The notes beneath the pieces were generated by a model. The model was not told where the DNA came from. It did no database searches and saw nothing but the letters and a program-made list of their open reading frames with translations. This document shows positions 12,597 to 28,504 of a stretch of DNA of 64,000 bases, in pieces. The translations under genes were made by a program, and so were the position numbers. Source of the DNA: Basidiobolus meristosporus CBS 931.73 (lineage: Eukaryota; Fungi; Basidiobolomycota); the NCBI GenBank assembly GCA_002104905.1, contig MCFE01000486.1, positions 3,700 to 67,699 of the forward strand, written 5' to 3'. The first letter of the stretch is position 1; each line of letters starts with the position of its first letter.

Positions 12597-14170
12597 CTAC
12601 AGAAAGTTCACCCATCCGCTGAGATATCCGACCGCCTGCTTCCCCTTCTCGGTCATCGCACTTTTACTCCAATGCTCGATATCTAGCGTCTGACTCGGCG
12701 TGGGCGGTAGCACCACCTCAACCAGATCCCAGGTTTCGTTGGTATCTTCGTCCTCCTCGCTGGATGCTTCCTCAGCGAAGTTGAGCTGTAGCGCTTCATG
12801 CACGCTCAGCGCATTTTCGGGGTTTCGTTTGGACTTGATGATTTGGTACACTTTGCTGACGTTAAATACAGGGACCTTTCGCGGATTGTTGTTAGTCCTA
12901 AGATGCGTGGGTTAGCTCGTCGGGCTGTCTGTTGAAGGAGTGCTCAAGGTGACTTACCGGCCTAGGTTATTGGACTTGCAGCACATGAGCAGGTTGCGCA
13001 AGATGTGGTGTATCTGATTGGGGGGAATCTCTAGCCCTTGGGAATAGCAGAGGCACAAAACGTTGTAACTAAGCATGGCCATCCCTGCTGTGAACAAGTC
13101 GTTATTGTCGTCTGTGTAGTAGAGTGGCATGGTTCCGCTGTACAGAGCCTTGGTCAGTATTGATTTGCAAGGGCCACCTCACTGATCATGATCATACCTT
13201 TCGGATGAGTTCTCCAACGCCACCCGGATATACGGAAGCGAGTCATTAAAAAGCACTTGAAGCGGCAGTTTGACGTTGAGATAGTATGCCATCAGACCGG
13301 CCATGTGAACAATGTGACCTACTCCGGCGTTCAGCTGGTCTCTAGGGCATTCTTTGATTCAAATGGCCGTTAGATTCGTTTGGATGTGAAGAGGTGCGGG
13401 GCTACTTACCAGGCCAGTTCCCGTTGCTTGGCAGGTAGATACCAGCGATAATATATCTGCATCGAAGATTGAATGGGTTCGAGTGCTGGTGATTTGGGTG
13501 GACTGGATCATCACCTAACTGTCGTAGCTCGAATAAAGACAACAACTCCCACACTAAAACCCTCCTCGTATGGGCCAATATCTGCTGCGCGTGCTTCTTC
13601 TTCTCAAACAGTTTCGCCATGTAGGTCTCGTATCGAACCACCTCCTGCTCTCTGGAGGCTTTCAATCGAGCCTTCGCAGAAATCAAATTTTCCCGAAGCA
13701 GCTCGTTTCTAACCCTTAGTTGGTGCACCCGCATTTTCTCTGTACCAACCCCCAAAACACAATCCACGTTTAGTACCGAAGATATTGTGAGGTACGAAAG
13801 GCAAAATAGACGGGGATACCTAGGTCGATCAGTTTCTGTTTCGTCTCCAACTGCTCTTTGTATCGCAATAGGCTTCGCTCCAAGGTTTGTTTCTGGATGT
13901 GCTTCTTTTTCCCTTCCACCTGGGAAGATTTCATTGCGGTCTGGAACTTATCCAACACTTCACGGATACTGTTCGTGTAGCGGTTGGCCACCGCTTGATG
14001 TTTCCGTACTCTATGGTAGGTTTGGTTAGGAAAGAAGATAACTTCATCAGAACACTTTGACACCACAGTACATAAGCCCCGCCCAAAAATAGAAGAAAAA
14101 GAAACCTTTCTTGTATGCAAGAGGCGCAATAGAACCGCCGTTGAATGTTGCAGCATACTTTGCATTCCAT
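12597..14170 (-). CDS. ATG14: Atg14/UVRAG-family PI3-kinase complex subunit (multi-exon)
   Basis: N-terminal CxxC-x7-CxxC (CKVCCNIQRRFYCASC), a long coiled coil, then GHIVHMAGLMAYYLNVKLP and a C-terminal WDLVE..LPPTPS. Confidence 0.78.
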
Positions 14171-14789
14171 CTCTGTTTTGGAACCGTACTCAAGTTGTGT
14201 AGGCTAAGGGTCAGGGTTGATGGGGCTTTGAAAGGTTGCTTTACAGTATCTCGTTGAATAGAAAGTCTCCTCTAGAGCAGGTTTATACACGAGTTCTCTT
14301 TATTACGCAGAGAGATCAATCCTCAGTATCACTGAAAGTCGCAGTGGTGAGCGCCTCACGTGACTAGGGCAGAACCAAATCGGTAGAATTTGTGACGTCC
14401 ATTATCCACTTCAGTGATTCATCCAGAGGCGAAAGCATGCGCCCCGGAAAGAAACGCATGGAAACATGTGCTGTCACATGCATGGGTCATCCATAACACA
14501 TACGAAACACGGTGGGTGGGTGAGAACACATGTATAAGAGCGGAGGTGCAGGTGATGCCTTGTGACAAGCGGCAACGCAAGCGAAAGCCAATCTCAATCC
14601 ACATGAAGGAAAATTGATCCCCAGCGTTCATGATCCATACTAATTCATTTGTGGGGTTCATCCATGGTAAGCGATGGAAATTCATTTCATCAGCCAGCCA
14701 AATGCGATCTCCTAAACGAAAAGTTGAGTAAACCTTGCAAATACACTGGCAGAGTTCGATTTGACCCAGTCGTTCCCCATTTCGTAAAC

Positions 14790-17193
14790 ATGTCAGCGGC
14801 AGTTGTCCATCAGCTACGCTACCTAAGGAAGCTCCCTTTACTACCCAGTAAAGCGAACTGTTTGGTCCCCCTGAAGGAGACTCTGCGTAGACCTGGTGCT
14901 TATTATGCGCTATCTAGGTTCGCCACTTCCGCTGAGAAGCTCCCCCCAAACAACGAAACCGTCCAACAACGACTCTCGAAAACGCTTGGCGATATCAACC
15001 AATTGCAACTAAAACTAGAGGAACAGAGCTCGAGCTGGATCAAAAGAACCGCCACCGCAATTCCAGAGTTAGACGCCATTTTCCGGGTCGCCGGTATGTA
15101 TGTCGCGGAGCAATTGACGCATACCAACCGCTTTCATGACCCGCTCTATCTTTTCACGTTTACTAAAGCGATTTCCACGCTCATCACGAAACCTCAGTGA
15201 TCGGCGAGGCTAGGACTGGCGGAGAATCTTTAATTAACGCCCTCCTGGACAACCCATTTGGGGAGAAGGAGGCATCAGATGCTATCGCACTCCGTACCAC
15301 TGCCCTGAAGACCGGAAAGGTCCATCGTATCTGGTATTTGTGCGCTTTTAGAATTCAACGTGGCATCCCCTATTGACGAGGATTTCCATGGTTTTTAGCT
15401 TCGGACAGACGCCTACAACGGTGGATGTTGGTGATTGTGTCAACGTCAATGTCCCTACCGACTGGCTAAGAGCTCAGCATACAGAGCTGTACGAATTACC
15501 AGGTTAGGGCCGGGGGACATCTCGCATAGCATCGACATCCTTCGGTTACTCAACTTTCTTTTCTTCTCTAGCACTTGGAAGGGTGGATGAATCAGTGGTA
15601 GATGATGTCATCCAGCGAAGTGATCTGGTGCTATTCATGACCGATACAGTCCGCAGATTCGAAGGGGCCGCGGAGCAGCGGTTCTTCAGAAAAGTGTTCA
15701 ACAAAAAGAACGTCCTCTTCCTGATCAACGAGGTGGAGGCTGTCGGCAACGAAGCCAACCGAGCTGAATCCATCATCGAAGAAATCCAAGCCGAGATGAA
15801 GACGGTGGTGTCGGACTCGGCAGAGGATGGGCAGTTGCCCCAAATCTTCTATTTGTCTACCCGCGATGCGCTTGCTGCACAAGAGGCCATGAAGGCCACC
15901 GAGGTGAACGAGTATCAGAAACTGTGGATCCGCTCTGGGATCCAGCAGGTGAAGGACATTGTGTGCAAGACATTGACACCCCAGCAGATCCAGAGTATGA
16001 AATACGAATCCATGGGATTCGTGGGGCTAAAAGCGCTCGAGCGTCTGACCAGGCAACAGAAGCGGATCCTGACAACCCTCGAAAGAACCGGCCTCGAGAT
16101 CGGCAAGCTGTCGGAACGTGTTCAGGCCGGCAGGAAAAACATGGCCGACCACTTCGTGCACAAGGAGATTCTAATTGTCGATCGCAACATCATGGATGTC
16201 AAGAGCCGCATCCAGAATTACTTCAGCAGAGTCAAGTTCTATCAGGCATTCTTCAAATTCGGCTCAGTGGATATCGATCTGAGAAACGCGTATGGAGGCG
16301 GGATTCTTGAGGAGGCGGAACACAGGGTTTGTCACTCATTTCTGGCTTGATGGTGATTGCTACTAAATCCACCACCGTAGATGACTTACGCCACCGGTCG
16401 CTTCAACGAGGCCCTTGAGAGCGTTCGACTTGACCTGACTAGAGGACTTGACCAGCTCGCCACTGAACTGCCACATCAAGAAAACATGATCGGCCGAGAG
16501 CTCAAGGCCGATCTGGAGGGCTTGCAGTCGAAGCTGGAGAATGTTGATTTCATCAAAGAGTCGGACCCGTTCGTGCTCAGCAACATCGTATGGAGGCAGC
16601 GGCACAGCTTCGACATTGAGTCGCAATGTCAAGAGATTCACCAGAAAGCCAGCAATCTGGTTGCTCAATCAGCAGGGCTTCAGGTAGGTGCTGGCCATTC
16701 CCGCGGCCATGCTAAAACACTAACAACTTGACTACAGATCACCGCCCTGGGTATAGGCCTCTCGATGTACAGCCTCCACCTGCCTCTGACATTCACTCTG
16801 CCCAGCTACCTCGTGGCAGCAGCTACCGGTTCGTAGTTTCATCCCATCGATGGCGGTTCAATTTGTTGATGTATTTCGCTCACTCCCATGAATAATCCAG
16901 GCTTTGGTTACATGAATCTCCGTTGGGAGTATTTCGAAAAGAAGCTGCTCAAGACCCTCACGAAATTCGAGGAGAAGTTGAAGTCCGACCTGATCACAGT
17001 CTACGAGAGAGAGCTTGATGAGAAGCTATCCCAGCCCTCACTCAACGCACTTGAGGAAGCGCGCCACGCCATCGATAGAGGCACCCACAGAGTCCAAGAG
17101 AACGAGGATGACATCAGGCAGACTCAAGAAGAACTGGCAGGGATTTTCAGCAGCATCAGTGCGCACCCACAAGACACCCCAACCAATAACTAA
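14790..17193 (+). CDS. Mmc1-like mitochondrial dynamin/mitofusin-related protein (multi-exon)
   Basis: Basic presequence-like N-terminus, degenerate P-loop (IGEARTGGESLINALLD), DLVLFMTD/VLFLINEVE, helical stalk, and two hydrophobic segments near the C-terminus. Confidence 0.5.
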
Positions 17194-17392
17194 GTTGACG
17201 TCTCATTAAAAGCACATTTTGCGTTTGGTTCAACTGATTTTGTCCATATTGCATCCTACATACCCCTTCCCGCCATGAAATAAATAGTGCATCAAGCTAC
17301 TTGCCCCGTCCCACCACGAAATAAATAGTGAACCAAGCTACTTTATTAGAGTACATTTCTATATTGCTGATGGAATTCGATGCTGCATGAGG

Positions 17393-18984
<1,592 letters not shown>

Positions 18985-19308
18985 TCACGTCTGAAGAAGA
19001 ACCTTCGCTCTCCCAAAAGCCCCGGCCGCCACGGTCATAACCGTTTTTTTTCTGGGCGTCTGCTGGTGCTCAGATCATCTGGAAATGGAGAAAATCAAGA
19101 GGGAGGGATGATGAAAAATTCGTACGATCATGTGGACCCAATTAGGCTAGTGGGGCGGCTAGTTGGATGGAAATAATGGCCATCGTTGGCTCGTTCGGTA
19201 AGACTTGGGAAAATCGACCGAAATTAGCTCACCCCTTGTTGAGTGAGGGTGAGAATCCTGCCCATAGTGTTGTCACAAATGAGTAATTGAATGCAATTTA
19301 TAGATCGG

Positions 19309-21017
19309 ATGGAATTTCTTACCAAGAATACTTCTTGTATCATGACGGAGCAAAGCGACGCCGAGCCGGCCAACTCCCCCCTCACCAAAGAGATACTGGT
19401 CTACGTGTTTCAGTGGCTCCAGGACGACTTGGAAAGCCTTGCAAAGTGCTGCCTGATCTCCAAAAAATGGTGTCACGTTGCCAAGCCTCTGCTATGGCGC
19501 TCCCCCGTCTTCTATAAGTGTAAACAGTTTGAGAGATTCCGCAAGATCGTTGCTGGAACCCCGGGAGGTACATGCCACTTGTTCCTGAGCATACTTCTGC
19601 GCACGCGATTTAACCAGTTTATTTTCAAGTGGCAAAGCTGGTCCTGGAGCTGGACTGTGATGGGTACCGTCGAGAGATTATGGCCTATCTTCAAAAGCTC
19701 CTGAAGTTTCTACCCAACCTGGAGCAGGTGGTGTTCCCCTGTTTCGCCTCTCTTTCCCAACACTCCCTTGTACCGGTAGACTCCGGCTCCTTGAGCAAAC
19801 TTCAGAAGATACACTACATAGAGGTGCTCCCTTCCGAGGAGGGGATCCCTTTCCTGACCACGCTGTTTGGCGAGTGCACCAAGCTGAAAGAACTGAGCCT
19901 GAAACTCTACGGCTTCTCCGGGATCTCTTTACCCATCTCTTTCCCCACCTCTCACTCGATCACCTTCATCGAACTCATCGGCGACGAATTCGAGGAAACC
20001 CTGATCAAGTCACTACTACAACGACTACCCAACCTGAACCGGTTCGAGCTGTGCGCAGATGACGTGCCTCGGAACCTGATCTCTTCCCTGGCTTCGCATT
20101 GCCCGAAGATCAACCAGCTCAAATTCGAGTTCACCGGTACTTACATGGACGTCACCGTCCACAACCTACTCAGACAAATGATCAAGAAGTTCGGGGGGAG
20201 GTTGAAGAAGGTGGGAATACTGTTCAGTCGGGAGGCTCGGGTATCCATACCGGAGGACCTGATCAACAAACTGTGGAGGTCCTTGGTGAAGCTGGAGAGC
20301 TTCTCTCTCTCCTACTTCATGATCACCGACATGCTCAACAAGCTGGCCAAGTGCGAGAAGAAGAGTTTGAAAGAGCTGGAGCTGGCCTACGTGTCGAACG
20401 AGGCCGCCTCTTTAAATACCTGGGAGAACTTCTTCAAAGCTTGCGGCGGCAATCTGACCAAGCTGTCCATCTCCTTCAGTAAACTGCCAGTGGACATTGG
20501 GGAGGTGATCGCGAGACATTGCCCGAACTTACGTGAGGTCTCATTGTACTTCACGAACATCTCCGATGCCAGCGTCATCCCCATCGTTCAAAGATGCCAC
20601 AGCCTGCGCAAGCTTGACTTGAATACGACGGACATCACGGCCAAGTCGGTGGAGTCGATCAGCGAGCATTGCACCCAGCTGGAGTTCCTCATGCTCGACA
20701 AAGCAGACAACAACTCGTGCCCGTCAGAGGTGGAGCCGCTGTTCTCATACCTGCGCAAGTACGGTCATCGCATCCAGAGAGTCGGTCTCGCGGGCTGGAC
20801 GATGACGGACGAGCTTCTGCGGCTGATAGCCGAGACTACGCCATACCTGAAGGAGCTGCGAATAACCAATGGGGAATACGTATCTGATGCAGCCCTAGAG
20901 TATCTCATAAACAAATGCGCCCGTCTCAAGCGGTTGCATGTTATCGGGAATTCCGATGGTGTGGGGATCTCCAAGGAGCTGCTCAAAAAGAGTGACCTTA
21001 TCTATTCTTGTAATTAA
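19309..21017 (+). CDS. F-box / leucine-rich-repeat protein (2 exons)
   Basis: F-box LTKEILVYVFQWL…LAKCCLISKKWCHVAKPLLW, followed by cysteine-containing LRRs (CPNLREVSL, CHSLRKLDL, CTQLEFLML). Confidence 0.88.
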
Positions 21018-21675
21018 ATGGCCTCTCCTCAGGCTACCGAATCTCATTAAATTTCCAATTGAGTTTATTTTCCATGTGAGAGGGTGGGATGCGCTCCTTG
21101 CCACTGGACGGCCAAGGAATAGGAAAGAGTGGGAGATGGCACACGACGACAAGGGGGAGTTCACCGAGAATCCAGCAGGATCATCGCGCGCAAAGGAAAG
21201 GTGTTTAGGAAGCGTACCGGGGAGCTTGTTCCAGCAACGGTGGCGATTTCCGGGGCAGACACTACATCCAGCAATGGCTCAGCTATCTTGCAGCATTCTA
21301 CGCGCTGGATCAATCGTGGTGGCTTTGGGAAATCCATCTCGCGCAAGGGAGAGTGAGGATGCAGTTGCAGAGGCCTCAGTGTTTATATAGTCAGTGATCC
21401 ATGTCTCTGACCCTAATCCAATTTAAGCACTGAGGGCCATCCTTTCATTACACTTGCTTCTATGCTCTCCCCTATCTTCAATAGTCAATGTGACACAGTG
21501 AGTAAGAGTCAAGCCAACGGGGTTGCAGGAGATCGCATTGCCATATATGGGCAATTGTCAGTCTCACTCCATGTGCACGTGATCTCCATTGGGATGTTTA
21601 TTGTTGAGGAGGGAAGGTATCTACAGAGGGATGTTCCAATCAATCTAGGAAAATTTGAAGGTCACAGAGGAAGGG

Positions 21676-24600
21676 TTAATTTGCGGGCGGCACTAGCTCC
21701 GACTTCTCTTTGCATTCCCAGTAGCATTTATGGCAGATCTTCGAGGAGTCTGGCGTTTCCTTGGGTAGATTCAAGCCTTCCCTGGATACAGCCCCAACCT
21801 GCCACCACATGGGAGACACGTCAATGTTACATTTGGCACAATGCTGTCGTGGCAAGGAGCTGGTGGATAACCAGTCGATCTTCTTCGGTACCAATACCCG
21901 CTTTCTAGCACTGGCAGCTGCCAGCAACAGCTTTGAGAGTCGCATGGCTCCGGAAGTGGATGTTTCTGATTGTTTAACTTTGGTGTTGTACATATACAAT
22001 GCAGTCTAAACGAAGAAACGTAAGTGGCTAGCTTTCAAGCAAAACCAAGTTGAGGTGCGTACCGATTTGGTTTCGGGATTGAGCGCTGTCATATCAACCA
22101 CTGTGTTGCTGCTAGGGATATGCTCCTGACACCATAGTTTGGGAGCTAACGTTGCGTTGTTTGCAAAGGTGTTTTTGGTAGCAGATTGGTTCGCTTTCTT
22201 ACCGCCCACAGGAAACACCTCGAATCCAAGCCTACAGCCTGCTTTCTGGGCACAATACACATGCATGGTTTTCTTACAGCTACTGCCTGCACAGGAGACA
22301 CATGCGCCATCAGATATCCCACAAATGCTACACGTCTACATGAGCATAAAATAGATCAGCCGCTACATCCCAAAACCAACTATATTCATTTGGGCTCTGT
22401 ACCTGCTTCCATTTCGATGGAGCAATGACTCCTATCCCTTCGATCGGCTCGAGATGCTTGGCGTCGCCAAATGTGATTTCAGGTATCCAGGTAGCACAAA
22501 CCACATGACACCAATTGTTTCCAATGGTTTTTTTGAGAGCCTGATGTGGCTGAATGGTCTCCGGGTTTCTGCATAGCACACAATGGAAACTCTGGAAACC
22601 ATGAATACATTAATTAACTTCATGTCACCATCACGAAATTAACTAGGATCTCGATACTAACCAATGATGCCGAGGGCTTCTTAATGTTGGCGCAAGGATC
22701 ACAAACCCAGTCCTTTAGGCCGTTCTCTTGGATGCCATAACAGTCTTGGAAACTATTAGCGAACCGATATTTTGAGGCGGGGAAGCAAGTAGGATATAGT
22801 GCTTACCGCTGTGAACCGATAGCCCGCATTCCGAGCATGTCAGCAGGATCTCGGATCGATTCTCGAGACGACACACACCGCATGGCGTTGGCTTGAATGT
22901 TTTCTTGGGCGGCTCTCTAGCCTTGACCTAGAAAGAAGCGGGTTACGAAAAAGCCCCAAATTGGAAACATCCAGACTTCATAACGTACATCCAGAGATAG
23001 CTTCTTCCTAGATTTCTCCTGTAACACCTCGTTGCCTCTCTTCTTCTTTCCATTTCCTTTACCTACGTGCATCGTCAGCAAGGGCATTCTGCCTGCAGAG
23101 AAACTAGACATATGTACCATCTCTGTTCCTCTCGTATAGAGGTCTCAGCTCGCCATATTTCAGCCAATAAACGCCACACGCTTTACAAAGCGCCTTCTTT
23201 CCAATTTTAGTCGACATGAGCTGGCCAGGAGATCGATACCATTTCTCGGATTTCACAGCGGAGCAGTTGATGCAACGACGCGAGTTTCCCTCCAGCAACT
23301 CATCATCGTCCACGGCAGGGCTCTTGGCGACTTCAGGCTTAGGTGAGTCCTCCTTTTTCTCCTCGCCATCTGCGCCGTTTCGTTTCTTGAATTTCTTGCT
23401 AATCAGCCAAATCAATAAGGATGCCGTGCAACCAGTAAACACGCGAAATAGAAAATCAATCTACCTTGGCCGGTATTTTTTGGTGAATTGCTCATAGACC
23501 GGTTGGTATCTATCCGATTTCTTCCATAAATAGAAGTAGCGTACAATTTGTCCCATCGTTTTGGTAGAAATCTGATCAAATGATTAATCAGCACATGGGG
23601 GATGGTGGTGACTTTGCAGATATGTTGCATACCTGTTTCTTGAACATTTGCAAGTCATGTCCATATGTGATGATGCCTCGTTCAAACTGCCCAATCTCCT
23701 CCTTGGTCCATTGCGCGGTGTTCAGATCTTCAGGCACTAGGTGGTGCATGTTCCCATACACCTCATCCCAGTTGAAGTTGGTTCTCTGCAGCTCTGACAG
23801 GACTCTATCATAGACATCAGGGGAGTACGGGGAGACTGGCAATTTGATGTCCTGGACTTTTTTGATGAACTCGTCGACTACTCCGTCTGGTTAGCGTAGC
23901 GTGAGGAGACGGGCTACTGGAAATGGGACTTACGTTCTTCCGAGGAAACCTGATCCGGCTTCGAAAAGACCAAGGTGGATGTTTTCCCTATGCCACGTAC
24001 GGGGAGCTTGACGCGCTCTAAAACCATCTTAGCTCCCTGGTTGAGATGTCGGCTTCTCAGGCTTACTTACCATCAGAATACTTCACCCCTCCGGAATACC
24101 GGCTGGATTTACGCTTCTTCGATGAGCTAGAGCGACTCTGGCTGGATTCTACCATGGAGTTGGGCGTGGGTGCGTTGGAATCGGACGCTGAATTGGCGGT
24201 AATAAGGTCAGGGATGTTGGCCTGATACCTTCCCCCAATCCGAGAAGCAGCTCTGGGGTAGATTCGGTCGTCGTAGTCTAAAACAATCCCATCACATCAA
24301 CACCAATTCCTCACCACAATCAGACGACGAAGCTTACCAAAAATGTCGTTCACCTTCGAGTGTATCCCGAAGTACCGAAAAGGCCATAGCTTGTTGGCTT
24401 TCGACATGTTCTCCGGGTCCTGCTCCGCCTTCTCAAGCTCGGCTTGTATGAAATCAATGGGTTAGCCAGGTGCGTGGAGGAGGGGGTTCAATTTTTCTGG
24501 AGGTACCTCGTATCTTAGCCTCTTTCTCCTGTTCCTGGTGCTTCAGCGACTTGGCCGAGGTCTGGTTTGGCTCGAGAGTCCCATCTGCCAATTTCCGAAG

Positions 24601-25489
24601 GCAAGGAGCACACTGCCAAGCATAGCCTTTGGCTAACTTCTTGGTGATTGGTGGAGAGGTACAACTCATATGATAGCTGTTGTAGCAAATCGCACACTTG
24701 ATGGCTTCAGAACTACAACAAAGAGATGAGTCAGTCAGCGCATACATACAATCAACGCACGTCCTGTCGATATGCAGGTTACAGTCACTTACCCAGGGCA
24801 CCACTCGTTGCACTTGGCACATACACGATGGGGGTTTTTGAAATCCAACGCCTTTGCCTCTTCGGCTAGGATGAATTTGTATCTCTGACGCAAGGCGACC
24901 GCAATATCCACTGGGACATTCTTGATGGTTTCACACGGAACAACCTCGTATGTGCGGCAAATGTATCGGTCAAACAGCTGGCTGTAATAGAAGTGGTCCT
25001 CTTTTTCTTTGTACTGCTCCAGGTCGGAAATATAGTGCAGGTGCTTCACCACGCACACGCTTTTGATATTGCACACTGGGTGGATGCTTGAATGCATCGT
25101 TGCGAACAAAACCCGATTATCGTTTTTGCGTCGTCCAGCTGTGACATCTTTGGGCCGGTAAAACCAGGCAACTCGAACCTTCAGGTCATCGTCGGTGCCG
25201 TCATATAGGAACTCCATCACGCGAGCGACAAAGTATGGCTCAGCAATGACATATTCCGAAGCCATGTACACATAGTCTAGAGGAAACGACAAACGTCAGC
25301 ACCAAACCGGGTCCAGAGGCGATCACGCCTCGCAATCAGCCATACCGCAATATCCATATGGTGACAGGCAGTTGATATACAGGCGTGACAGAGCAAGAGA
25401 TATGTGGGATACATACCGTTTAGGTGAACTGGAGTGCCGTCCTCCAGGGTAACATAGGAGGGGGGTTCTTTCTTTTCTTCCGAGGACAT
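21676..25489 (-). CDS. SNT2: Snt2-like chromatin protein / E3 ligase (BAH, PHD, ELM2-SANT, GATA-like zinc finger, PHD/ePHD; multi-exon)
   Basis: BAH (EPYFVARVMEFL…VAWFYRPKD), PHD (CAICYNSYHMSCTSPP…WQCAPC), SANT (WTKEEIGQFERGI..YG), CINCSAVKSEKWY, and WCHVVCATWIPE. Confidence 0.85.
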
Positions 25490-26327
25490 AGCGCTATTTA
25501 TGTATGTATATTGGGGTACTGTGTCCAACAAGAGCCAAAAGAGCGATGTTCAGGCCAATTCTCTATCAGTAGTCACAAAGAAAAGGAAACGAGTATTATC
25601 AAGGGAAGGTCGCAAAAACCACAAAACTTGGGTTATCTTGATGGGATGTTGGTGGAATAAAGAAGGATGGAAGCGGATAAAATAAAAAAGGGATTGTTTA
25701 TCAGCAGCAGGAAATTTCAAAAATGAGATTTGCTAAATGAGATTTGGACGGATGGGAGGGGAATTTGAGATGAGAAGGGAATATATATAAATTTCATACG
25801 GACTGGATGTCCACTGCGATGATAAAAAAGGGTATTTCCACAGGGTCACATTTGCATTGGTGGTCCTTGATGACACACTTGCCGCTCCCTGGCCCCATCT
25901 AACAACAATTCCACACCCCGTAGCGCACTCCGTTCCACGCCTCATAGCACACTTCATCCCACACAACGCATTGGGATTCTCTGCTGCCTTGCCACCAAGC
26001 TAGGTCTCATGAGTATTCCTCGCGTTTATTATAGTGATGATTCAAGTATGACAACAACTCGCGAATATCCTGCCAATTTCTCCCTCACATGATCGAAGTG
26101 AGTGAGGTTGGATTTTTATGGTTGGAGCGATGGTTGAGGCAATGGTTGAGCCCCAAAATAGTGACTGAGTGAAGGGTGATATGGATGTTTAGAACGCGTA
26201 CGCAAAATTTACAACTAAGAATTGAGGGAGGGGCGTATATATTTGGGGGCGATGAAGTAGATGTTCGAGATAATAACGTGTGGAGACTACTTGGGATGTA
26301 GTGCGGGGGTGCGATACAAAGAATGGC

Positions 26328-27460
26328 CTAGAAGCTCATATCTGGTAAACTCTGCACTGGGCCAAGCTCCGCAAGCTGCTTATCGAGAAGCTCAAGTCGG
26401 AGCTCCAGCTTTTCCACAGCAAGGGTTGACACACTGACATCAAACTGCGCTTTACGAATCAGCTCCTCGGTGCGTGCTTCATCTTCTCGCATCCGCTTAC
26501 GCTCCAGGTTGAATTTAGCCATCTGTGTTGTTTCAATGGGGTTGGTGAATGTTGTGCAAAATATAGGCAAGCAATACGAACCTCGCTCTCAAACTCCTTC
26601 ACCAAATTCTCTATAATTGCTTCGTGCGAGAATGGCTCGTATCCCTTGGAGGACCGACGGGGCGTATACGGGCTAGTGTGATTCTGAGGAAATTCTCTAC
26701 GGTAGAATGGCGGAGTTTCTGGTACACGAGGCGACAAATCATGGGGTGGGACAAATTTTGAAGGGCTGGGCTCTGGTGGGGGGATGAATTCTCTACGTGG
26801 TGGGTATGGGCTGGAAAGCTGTGGCGGAGGGGCTGAGTGGGATACAGGTGCGGGGGACGAATTGCGAGCCACAGGCGGAGGAGGTCGACTGTCGTAGGGT
26901 GGTATGGCTTCTGGCGGAGGTGGGGGCGGGGGCAGCTGAGAGTAATGAGGGCGATAGGAATCATATCGAGCGGGAGGAAAGTCAGACTCATATGCCCCTC
27001 TTTGCAGTTCGACGGCTTCTCTGGCGTGTCTAGATAGAGAAGGTGAACGGGAACGACCGTTTTGGTCCCACTCTCTGTGATAACTTTGGCGGGGCAAGTC
27101 TCGATCGTGCTCACTATACCGCCGACGATACTGGCTGCTGCTTCTCTCGCGCTCCCGGCCCCATCTTTCCCGGCTACGGTCTCTACTCCGGCCATCATGG
27201 TCTCTACCAGACTCTCGGCTACTTCTATAGTAATCTCTATCTCGATGATCACGCATCATCTCTCGATCTCTGTCTCGTTCACGCTCGCTGTACCTTCTGT
27301 CTCGCTCACGATAGCGATCCCGATCCCGATCGTACCCATACGGCTCTCCGGCGTAGGAGTACGAGCGTGAACCATAATATCTAGAAAAGCCTGCTGAGGA
27401 ACTGTGGGATGGTGAAGCATATCTTCTGTCTGGATGATAACTATCCCCACCACGATCCAT
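26328..27460 (-). CDS. Hypothetical Arg/Asp/Ser-rich and Pro-rich protein with C-terminal coiled coil (2 exons)
   Basis: 333-aa ORF with RD/RE/RS dipeptides and PPPP tracts. The frame continues after an intron into MAKFNLERKRMREDEARTEELIRKAQFD…. Confidence 0.65.
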
Positions 27461-28504
27461 TTACCTAGATTATAGCAAAAAAGTTCTTAAATAATTCAGA
27501 CAACGCAAAGGTCTTTGTCTTTCGCCCAAGAGATTGCACAAAGTATCGGGCGAAGTAATCGGCGAAGAGAAGGACAAGAGAAAAAGAGCCTGGAAAGATT
27601 GTACGCCTGGAGTGGTGTTATTGAAATCCGTGAATCCTGAGGCATTAAGAGTTTGATATGAGCTCAAAATTAGTCAGAGATTGTTTCACTCCCACATCAA
27701 TACTATGATCAAAATTGAGCCTTGCTAATCATACTATGATCGCGCAAATCCCCCGCAGACCGTTCCCGTTTGCCCCCCAGCCGCTCCCTTGGTAGCTCGC
27801 GTGTAGTTGAACGACCGCGCCAAGGTTCGCCACATTATGGGGTGCTTCTAGCTCGTCGGTGATGGCTAGGGTTAGGTTTTATTGAAGGATCTGTCGTCGA
27901 GAGCTCGCGTTCACCCTTCTCTTCATCCAGTAAAGCATCATTAGAATACAGAACTCGGCAACTCTAAGATTACCATTAGCAGGTGTGGCACAGACACACA
28001 GCGACTACCAAGAAAATACCCGGGTTGTGGTCAGGGTTTTTTGTGCTGTGTCCCTTGTGCTGCGTGCTGTGTGGAAAGCAGAGGAACGAAAAATAAGAAT
28101 TAATTGGAAAGCAAAAGAGAAATTGAAACTGAAATTCATATCGTCTGATTAACTGATCGGCATCCATCATATAAAAGCAGTGATATTGGATCTCGCTCCC
28201 CCCACTCCTTACACCTCAGCCGTGCAATTCTCTTCATGAATTGGCCACCTGATGAAGAGAAGGAAAGAGCAAAGGTAAGCCTAGACATCGCACAATGATG
28301 CTGGCTGTTCCTGCTGGGTTTGGCCGCTCTAAACCTATGTTTTCTTTGAGCTGGTGCTTAGTAACGGGAACCGACAAATGTTGTGAATTCATGGAATGAT
28401 TAGGGTTAGGGCTCATATCCCTAAAAGGGCCCATATCCCTAAAATATTCAATTTATTTTTTGCTGCTATACAAAGAAGCAGGCTTGATTGGGACCTTACC
28501 TTTG

